A DNA stretch of 57,184 nucleotides, the filler included, from Squatina squatina (lineage: Eukaryota): assembly GCA_031763465.1 (NCBI GenBank). It is 3 parts of 3 records of this genome, joined end to end, with 100 filler letters (N's around TTAATTAATTAA, not from the genome) between each part and the next. Parts side by side here need not be neighbours in the genome. Positions count along the whole stretch, not along the records: positions 45,196 to 57,184 come from JARFOE010000120.1; 2 more parts are not named here. One strand, given 5' to 3'. The notes under the pieces are model-generated. The model was not told the DNA's origin. It saw nothing but the letters and a program-made list of their open reading frames with translations, and did not search any database. Shown piece after piece: positions 48,401-57,184 of this stretch (its first letter is position 1; every line of letters begins with the position of its first letter). The position numbers and the translations under genes are program-made.

Positions 48401-50315
48401 AGATAGAATATGTGTCATGGTATCAATAAAAGTTATTATAAACCAGTGTAGAAAAAAAGTATTTACCAAATCAGAAGTCTGTCATTTTAAGTAATGTGAT
48501 AGCATAGAAAGAGTGAAGTGCTGTGTGGATCTATTCATTACAACAGTGGGTTACGACTGCCCATATATCACTGTGAGCGGAAAGACCTCCAAGTATGCGA
48601 GGTTCCAACTCACCATAGCTACCTGTTATTATACAAGAATGCGAAGATCACAACCCTGCAGGATAGAAGCTTGAGCAAGCACTTACTACAAGAAAAGCTA
48701 CTGTCACAAGGAAAGATTCTCGAGGATCCAGCCTCTGGGGAGGCTGGCAGGGAGCCATGCACTTNNNNNNNNNNNNNNNNNNNNNNNNNNNNNNNNNNNN
48801 NNNNNNNNNNNNNNNNNNNNNNNNNNNNNNNNNNNNNNNNNNNNNNNNNNNNNNNNNNNNGTCAGCTGCTGCTGCTGCTGTGGTAACGGTTCACACCCCT
48901 CAACAGGGACAAAAAGGTGGTAAGTGACAAGAGTTGGACAAAATTGGCCCAGGGTTGCTTTCCATCACTTACACACAAAGATGTGACGTGCAGCTGCTTT
49001 AACCTTGATGCCTGGGCTATTGTTGTGAGGTCAAACCACTGAATATAAAGTGACTCTTCTCCATTCAGCCCCCCACCCCCCTCTTGACAGAAGGTGAACT
49101 CCACTAGTCAATATTCACATCTGAGCTGAGGAACGAATGGCACAAGCACAGTGACACACATTTCTGTATGTGATTAATCGGGGCTGATATTCAGATGCTG
49201 ATTGAATAATCAAAATTATACTTTGGTCATGCTCTCTGGTGTAACATGCTGGCATTTTACTTTGAGGAAGCACCAGCACAAGTTGAACTATAAACAGCTG
49301 AGACTTTCAGGAATGGCTGCACAACTAACCTGTGAACCCACACAATCTCTTGCTCTGACAATTTCACTCTCTTTTATTTTTTTATTATATTGATTGGAAT
49401 GTTAGCTTCCACCCCTTTTTGCAAAAAAATATCTNNNNNNNNNNNNNNNNNNNNNNNNNNNNNNNNNNNNNNNNNNNNNNNNNNNNNNNNNNNNNNNNNN
49501 NNNNNNNNNNNNNNNNNNNNNNNNNNNNNNNNNNCACAAATGGAGAATTGTGAGCGTCGAGTGGCATCTTGTCCTCTGTGGCACAATCCATTAGTAACCA
49601 AAGTCATCGAACCTTTAAGTATTATTGTAATTCTGTTATTTTACTAGGCTAGAGCAGACTGAATCCTAATGTTGGATGGGAGAAATGGGCCCAGCACACT
49701 ATGAAAGTGCCGTCATTCAGGTCTCTAATGAGCATTTTCATCTCGCCTCCAACTGTTTCACATGTTTATTCATATACTACATGAATGTGAAGATTGATTG
49801 ATTTTATAATGAAAGGAAGTAACAATGCAAACTAAAATTTACATCAGCCCTTTGAGTTCTTTGCAGCTTTGAAAGTCTACACATGCTTTCTGTCATATAA
49901 GATCCACAGAAACTATTTTCTACAAGTGTTCCATTGGTCAAAAACTCAAGTGGTTTAATATTTGATGCCCAAATAGAAGGTTGCAGGGAAGCTTACATTA
50001 AAATTCCCACTGGATGAGTTTTGCCAATTTTATTGAATACCATGCAAACATGAAGGGTGCCCAATTGGCATTTTGAGAGCTGGTGGCTATATGGAGCCAA
50101 TAGGTGTAATTTTTGCGCCCTAATAGAGCTGTCCCTTTAAGTCAGGAAATTGGCATCTTAGAAAAAATCAATTCCTCTTCGAAAAAATCGTGACTATTCC
50201 AGCACTAATCACTCCNNNNNNNNNNNNNNNNNNNNNNNNNNNNNNNNNNNNNNNNNNNNNNNNNNNNNNNNNNNNNNNNNNNNNNNNNNNNNNNNNNNNN
50301 NNNNNNNNNNNNNNN

Positions 50316-50700
50316 GCCGTCTTTCGGATAAGATGTTAAACCGAGGCCCTGTCTGCTGTCTCAGGTGGATGTAAAAGTTCCCACGGCATTATTCGAAGAA
50401 GAGCAGAGGTGTTATCTATGCTGTCCTGACCAGTATTTATCCCTCAACCAACTTCACTAAAACAGATTCTCTGGTCATTATCTCATAGCTGTTTGCGGGA
50501 TCTTAACCTGCGCAAATTGGTTGCCGTGTTTCCGACAACTGTACTTCATTGGCGGCTCACCATCACCTTGAAGGCAATTCGGGATGGGCGATAAATGTTG
50601 GCCTTGGCAGCGACGCCTACATCCCATGAATGAATAATAATTTTTAAAATTGGTAACGCGCTTTGGGACATCATGAAAGGTGCTATATAAATGCCTCTTT
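50316..50700 (+). mobile_element. SacSINE1/Deu-domain SINE with ~100-bp nested insertion
   Basis: Deu core followed by the tail, interrupted at cattgg by foreign sequence at 50553-50648. Confidence 0.8.
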
Positions 50701-52497
50701 CAAGACTTTTTAATCGTTCAGCTGCCTTTGTCGCTTCCCTCTCTTCTCCAAGCCTACCAGGCCAAACTTCCCCCAGGAATCCCCGTGCCCTAGCCCTGAN
50801 NNNNNNNNNCCTGAACTCGCATCTTTCTCTAGTTTCTTTCCTATCTCCCGTCATGCCCTCTCCGAGCGCATCTTGTCCATGAGACCCAGCTCCTGCTGTC
50901 TCAACCCTATTCCCACTAAACTGCTGACCACCCAACTTCCCTTCCTGGCCCCATGCTAGCTGATATTGTAAACTGTTCCCCCTCCTCAGGTACTGTCCCC
51001 CTCCCCTTCAAATCTGCCATCCTCACCGCCCTCCTTAAAAACCTACCCTTGACTCCCCCCCCATGCTTGGAAACTACCAACCCATCTCCAACCTCCCTTT
51101 TTTTATCCAATGTCCTTGAACTTCTTGATGCCTCCCAAATCCGTGCCCATCTTTCCCGGAACTTCTTGTTTGAATCCCTCTAATCGGGTTTCTACCCCTG
51201 TCACAGCACTGAAACGGCCCTTATCAAAGTCACAAATTACATCCTATGTGATTGACCGTGGTAAACTATCCCTCCTCGTCCTTCTCGACCTGTCTGAAGT
51301 CCTTTGATACGGTTGACCACACCATCCTCCTCCAATGCCTCTCCTCTGTCGTCCAGTTGGATGGGACTGCACTCACCTGGTTCCATTCTTACCTATCTAA
51401 TCGTAACCAGAGAATCACCTGCAACGGCGTCTCTTCCTGCCCCCGCATGGTTACCTCTGGTGTTCCCCAAGGATCTGTCCTTGGCCCCCTCCTATTTCTC
51501 ATCTACATGTTGCTCCCTTGGAAACATCATCCAAAAACACAGCATCAGTTTCCACATGAACGCTGATGAGACCTTGCTCTACCTCACTACCACTTCTCTC
51601 CACAGTCTCTAAATTGTTAGACTGCTTGTCCGACAGCTAGTTCTGGATGAGCAGTAATTTTCTCCAATTGAACATTTGGAAGACAGAAGCCATTGTTTTT
51701 GGTCCCCGTCGCAAGCTTCATTCCCTAGCCATTGACTCCATCCCTCTCCCCAACTTCAGTCTGAGGCTGAACTAGACTGTTTGCAACCTTGGTGTCATAC
51801 TTGACCCTAAAATAAGCTTTCGACCACATATGAAGACCGCCTATTTTCCCCTCTGTAACTTTATCCGTCTCCGCCCTTGCCTCAGCTCATCCGCTGCCGA
51901 AGCCCTCATCCATGCCACCTCTAGCGTTGACTATTCCAACTCACTCCTGCCTGGACTCCCACATTCTATCCTGCGTAAACTAGAGGTGATCCAAAACTCA
52001 GCTCCCCGTGTCCTAACTCGCACCAAGTTCCGTTCACCATCACCCCTCTGCTCGCTAACCTACATTGGCTCCTGGTTAAACAACACCTTGATTTCAAAAT
52101 TCTCATCCTTGTTTTCAAATCCCTCCATGACCTCATGCCTCCCTATCTTTGTAATCTCCTCCAGCCCCACAACCCCCAGAGATATCTGCGCTCCTCTAAT
52201 TCTGCCCTCTTGAGCATCCCTTATTATAATCGCTCAACCATTGTTGGTCGTGGCTTCTGTTGCCTAGGCCCCAAGCTCTGGAATTCCCTGCCTAAACCTC
52301 TCCGACTCACTACCTCTTTCCTCCTTCAAGATGCACACTAACACCTACCTCTTTGACCAAGCTTTTGGTCACCTGCCTTAACTTCTCCTTATGTGGCTCG
52401 GTGTCAAACTTTTTATCTCATAAGCGCCTTGGGATGTTTGACTACGTTAACGGCGCTACAGAAATACAAGTTGTTGTTGATGTTGCTGTTGTTGTTG
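50700..52497 (+). mobile_element. L2-clade LINE, 5'-truncated and decayed RT plus 3' UTR and (GTT)n tail
   Basis: LVLLDLS.. [10 protein letters not shown].. [13 protein letters not shown].. [18 protein letters not shown].. [11 protein letters not shown] (decayed YADD).. DYSNSLL.. KLWNSLPKPLR; several frameshifts and stops; tail gttgttgttgatgttgctgttgttgttg. Confidence 0.92.
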
Positions 52498-52918
52498 AGA
52501 AGATCCCACCGGTGAAGAGGAAAGAGTTGTAGGAGCTGCTGGCATTGCAGCGACCCTCAGGTAAGTGGGTCCAGGGGCAGGGGGTCATGTGTGGGACTGA
52601 GAATCATGGATCAGGGGGTCGGTTAAGAGAGATCGCTAGGAACGAGGGAGATTGGTGGTTGGGGCTGGAATCAGGGGAGTGGTCCAGGAGAGGACAGAAC
52701 ACATTGACCGGTTCATTTAATGTGGGGCCCACATTCAGGTAAGTTACCTATCTTCTTGGTTGGGTCTAGCAGGAAACCACTAGCCTTGGTTTCCTGGCTG
52801 TCTCAAGGCAATCTTGGAAAGGAGGCCTCAAACTGGCATTAGGCACCTTCTTTGTATATGCAGGGAGCCTAATGCGGTTTCAGGCATAGGTAATGGATGC
52901 ATATTTTTTGTCCTCAAA

Positions 52919-53378
52919 GTGTCAGCTGTGGCTCAGTGGGTAGCACACTTGCTTCTGAGTCAGAAGGTTGTGGATTCAAGTCCCACCTTTGGGGCTGCAT
53001 CACAAAAATCTCGGCTGACACTCCAATGCAGTGCTGAGGGAGTTGGAAATGCTGTCTTTCAGATAAGACATTAAACCGAGGCCTTGTCTGCTCCCTCAGG
53101 TGGATGTAAAATATCCCATGGCACTATTTTGAAGAAGATCGGGGGAGTTATCCCCAGTGTCCTGGCCAATATTTGTCCCTCAATTAACATAACAAAAACA
53201 GATTATCTGGTCATTATCACATTGCTGTTTGTGGGAGCTTGCTGTGTGCAAATTGACTGCCATGTTTCCCACATTAAAAGAGTGACCACACTCCAAAAGT
53301 ACTTCATTGGCTGTAAAGCACTTTGAGATATCTGGTGGTCGAGAAAGGCGCAATATAAATGTAAGTCTTTCTCTTTTT
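52919..53378 (+). mobile_element. SacSINE1/Deu-domain SINE, full length
   Basis: tRNA-like head gtgtcagctgTGGCTCAGTGGgtagcac...GGATTCAAGTCCc, Deu core, L2-like tail aaaggcgcaatataaatgtaagtctttctc. Confidence 0.9.
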
Positions 53379-53690
53379 CTATCCAGTACAGTGAGCCGCG
53401 CACTTCCAAATGGAAATGTACGTGCACTTCCGGCCCACGCTACTGGGACCTTAGTAGTCTGAGTAACACTGAGACACGGGTACTGTACGGAGCAATTTCT
53501 ATTTCACTGTTAGGTGATCATGGGCAACAATTCCAGCCACTGACTATGAGGGGGGTTCAGCTAAAGTGCAAGGAGTCAGGTCACAGTGTGGGAGTGGGGC
53601 AACACTGCCATGGTAACAGCGTAGGAAAGTCTGAGCTTTACTTCAATAACAATACTGCTCAGTAGTTTAAAAGACTGCAGAAGAATTATA

Positions 53691-53838
53691 GGGTAAATTG
53701 ACTGCCCCTGCTGGGGAGTTGTGCTTGAGGGAGTGCGAGTCGGAGAATCAGGTATCTAGGCTGTAGTCCCACTCTTTGAGCCACGCTGTCGTCGAATGTA
53801 ACTTCCCTGCTGCGAGTGCGACATTGCTGATTTTACCC
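53691..53838. mobile_element. ~150-bp MITE-like element
   Basis: Termini gggtaaattg / gattttaccc, inner inverted blocks ctgctggggagttg / taacttccctgctg, flanked by ata/tta. Confidence 0.5.
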
Positions 53839-56139
53839 TTATTAGTTTGCTGTTGTCTTTAAGAATTAAAGTGTGTCAGAATATAAAGGCAGTTACATAA
53901 AAGACTTCACGTCTGAAACTTTCCACAAGTTTATGTTTCATCTTTGACAATCTGCACAAACCAATTTGTTTGAAAACAATCATCTCTGGTTTTCATTGCA
54001 GGAATATGCGATGACATATGCCTTTAAAATCTCCCCAATCCAGATGTGGCTCAAACTTTGCGAGATGTACAGTACTCGGAATTCCATCACACATTGGGCT
54101 TCAAAGGAACATTAAGCTCTGGAGATGTCCGTTAAATGTCTGAACGCGTTAGAACATTGTAGGGAGGCTGAATAAAGTGCAGGGGAGGTTTTATGCTGAC
54201 AGTTTCCGACTGTTTTAAGCTCAGCAGTATCCTTTTTCTTAATCTACATGTAGCATTTCATATGCAAACAACCTTATCTTACCAAGGACATTGTAAGGAA
54301 TTTGCAGCCTTGGAGCAAAGACCTTGGTGTTAAGGCTTCCTTTATTATCCAGGGACTGAACTAAACAAATCTGCAGCCCTGCCCCCAATCCCCCTTTAAG
54401 GGTCTGTGCAGATTTTTGTACATGATGTAGGTTGATTCAAACAGCATGTGAATACATTAATAAATGATTAATTGCCATGGAAGCATTCTCCACCGTGATC
54501 AATATGAATAGAGGACTTAAAAGATAAAATGGTTTGCCAAGTAAGAGATGTGCGCAGACAAAAAGTGAAGAATTTAACATCAGGAAAGCTCTGTTCTCTA
54601 GCCTCAGGGATAATATTTCTCCCCTGAAAGAATAAGCCTTGCTCTCGGAAGCACTTGTGGTGCTGGGCAGTGAGTGCATCACCATTTGCTCCTCGACTTT
54701 GCATCTAATCTGCTCTTTCTCCCTCTGCACTGTTCTTTCTCAACCGTNNNNNNNNNNNNNNNNNNNNNNNNNNNNNNNNNNNNNNNNNNNNNNNNNNNNN
54801 NNNNNNNNNNNNNNNNNNNNNNNNNNNNNNNNNNNNNNNNNNNNNNNCAAGGACACAGCCCACCAATAATGTTGGATAAATTACTGTTTAGCCCTTTGTG
54901 GACTGCAGCAGCAGCAGCAGTTTTGCCACAGGCCAAAAATACTGCTCTGCAAGATTTAAATTCACCATTTACTTCCAGGTGCATTATGTACAGAATCATT
55001 CGCAGGGGCTTTCTGCCTGAAATTCAATATTCAGCTTTTACATATTGTTACCACATGCAAAGAAATCTGTCTTTTCAGTCCATTAGGCTTCAAAGAGGTA
55101 AGTGGAAGACCTCCTCTAGTCAGAAGGACCCCGTCAGTTAAACCCTAGCACTAGACTCATGATAACTGTTTAGCGTTTTAAAGGTGTCATTGTAAAGACA
55201 CACACCTATCTGCAGGCCGATCTATGTGTTTGCTATATAATTAAAATCAGCTCCTGAAATCACAGAAAATCATTCCTCAGTCGTGTTTGAAATGCGAATC
55301 GAGACTCTGAGTGTCAGATGCTGGAGAGGTTCCTTTTGAACACTTTTACTCATTGAAGATTTCCTCTATTCTTGTTAAAAATCCCATTCTTAACTTTGCA
55401 TTCACTAAATATAACTGTAAACATTTTACCAGACACCATTGTTGTTATTACATATGGATGACTAGCTCATTGTAACATTATGTCTTTTGTACTCTCTGTG
55501 AACAAAGATTGCCAGTGATGTTGCCCTTTGCATGTCTGTTCTATAAAGATTTGAAAACTCTCTTTGGTTACTAACATTTAGCTTCCTGGATTGAAAATAA
55601 AATTTTGCCATTGTAAATGTGGCAAAGACGGCTGGTTAAGCTGGTGAAAGAGGACGAATACACCAAAACAAATAGGTTCAATTCTGATTGTTACCATCAG
55701 CAGTGTTTTAGAAGACCTATATTTATCCACTAACAGAATATTGTTGCCTTATCCAGCATGCTGAGTGGAAGTCCATTCTTGCACCTAGACTCAGTACCAT
55801 CTGAAGTTATTGCAGACCAATACACTTGAAGACAGTACATTAAGCAAAGTGCAGGGAATGTGAATAGACTAGATAGAGTGACCCAAGCATGATGGGCTGA
55901 ATGGCATCCCTCTATGCTGTAATTTCTATGATTCTACACTCTATGTCAGAGTTCACCCTCTCTATATGAGAAATGTGGCCAGGCTATCTATTCTTACCAC
56001 AAGAGCACAAGGTGGCTAAACCAGATTTCCATGATTACAGGGAATATAAATATATAATAGTTGGAGTTTCATGATATCCTGTATCAGTCCAAACTGTCTG
56101 CGTATAATGCCAGTGACAAAGCTCCATGTCTCCTTGGAA

Positions 56140-56470
56140 TCACTGATGACTCAACAAGTCTATCCAGTAAGTACCCGAGCCATAACCGGGAAGATTCAAA
56201 CTCTGGCCCGTGCTGACTTCGCTGATCTTAGTCACGGGCATTACAATCAGCGTTATTGACCAGAGTGGAAACATCAGCCAGAGTTCCTGGCTATCTAGCA
56301 ACACCGGCTGAAGGTGTGTCGGGACGTCAGGTGAGGACAGGATTGGGCTCGACTGATGATCCCATGGAGTGAATTAACCTACCGGTCAGCACACACAGAT
56401 GAATAATAGGTGAGGTACTGGAAGCTGGAACTGAATCTCAGAAAGAAGCATCACCTTTAGAAAATTAAGT
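56140..56470 (+). mobile_element. Old SINE-like interspersed repeat (unassigned)
   Basis: gtgctgacttcgctgatcttag...catcagccagagttcctg...ggtgaggacaggattgggctcg...gaggtactgg; a related 3' piece appears inverted near 39975-40130. Confidence 0.4.
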
Positions 56471-56847
56471 GTTCTCCCCAAACAGTCTCCTAACCTTGAA
56501 CAGAGAGGTTTTAATGTGAAGTTAACAATCACTCACTGGAACATATATTTGCCTATGAGAAATTGTGACTTCCCAAAAGTGCCCCTGTACAATGTCATGA
56601 CACTTCTATGTTGACAGCAGACACCAAGATGAAGTTCATAAGACATCGACCTCCCGTTAATGCCATCTAACATACCTAAAAATGTTGAAGATTAAAACTT
56701 TAACTGCAATCTTTGTGCTAACTATTGTGCATGCAGAAGATACTTTAACGCTCATAGTCATGCAAACCGGGTTTCCCTTCTCAATATAATTTGGGCATCT
56801 TTGTAACAAGAAGGATTTAGTTAAAATAATGAATGCACAATATATTA

Positions 56848-57184
56848 GGGGGTCAAAATTCCCCTTTTTTTGAGCCATTAGTGCCTAGGAAGGGCGCTAA
56901 TGGGGCAAAAGAGTGGTTTCCAGTGGGGCAAGGTGGGGATTTCACCTCCCAGGAAATTTCCTGGGGGGTCCCAGAGGCACAAGGGCCTTTGCACCTTGCC
57001 TGGGAAATTTTGCGGCGTGTCGACATGCCACATCATCAAAGGGCTCGCTGACCCTTTACTGCCCTGCCGTGACCCCTCAAAGCCACGCTGTGCCCCCATT
57101 GCGCCCCATGGGGCACAAAGGCCGCAGCCGTCGGTGGCAACAACAACTGTGTGGGGCGCAAAGGTGTTGGTGCCAAGGCCCCTT
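56848..57184. mobile_element. GC-rich DNA-transposon-like repeat end, runs off the window
   Basis: Abrupt AT-to-GC switch at tta|gggggtcaaaattcc, similar in style to the GGG..ATTTT termini at 9197 and 12135. Confidence 0.4.

Noticed and set aside
48518-48886. 122-aa ORF, and similarly the ORFs at 54437-55141
   Set aside because: No recognisable homology or coherent splice signals; lengths partly inflated by N gaps.
50953-52341. Functional reverse transcriptase gene
   Set aside because: Multiple frameshifts and stops, and the catalytic YADD has decayed to NADE; this is a dead L2 copy.
52919-52990. tRNA gene
   Set aside because: A and B boxes are present but run straight into the Deu-SINE body; this is a SINE head.

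Overview
Eukaryotic, non-microbial DNA. The repeat content (SacSINE1/Deu-type SINEs, CR1, L2, RTE and Penelope fragments) points to a cartilaginous fish, most likely a shark. The assembly is fragmented, with many 100-N gaps. Two artificial linkers (N44-TTAATTAATTAA-N44 at 25750-25849 and 45096-45195) split the window into three probably unrelated pieces. Piece 1 (1-25749) holds four + strand exons of an Arp3 gene (ACTR3B-like, with unusual substitutions), a hAT-type non-autonomous transposon carrying an expanded 31-bp minisatellite, and many TE fragments. Piece 2 (25850-45095) holds seven 5' coding exons of TUT4/ZCCHC11 (- strand), GPX7 exon 2 and SHISAL2A/FAM159A exon 2 (+ strand), in the same order as in human. 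Penelope-type terminal repeats there carry a minimal hammerhead ribozyme motif and flank a TUT4 exon in inverted orientation. Piece 3 (45196-57184) has no recognisable host gene and contains a decayed L2 LINE, SINEs and MITEs. No CRISPR array, rRNA or true tRNA gene was seen. I found no clearly novel system; the best leads are the hammerhead/Penelope arrangement, the transposon-borne palindromic minisatellite and the divergent Arp3. Family assignments come from recalled sequences and motifs, not from database searches.
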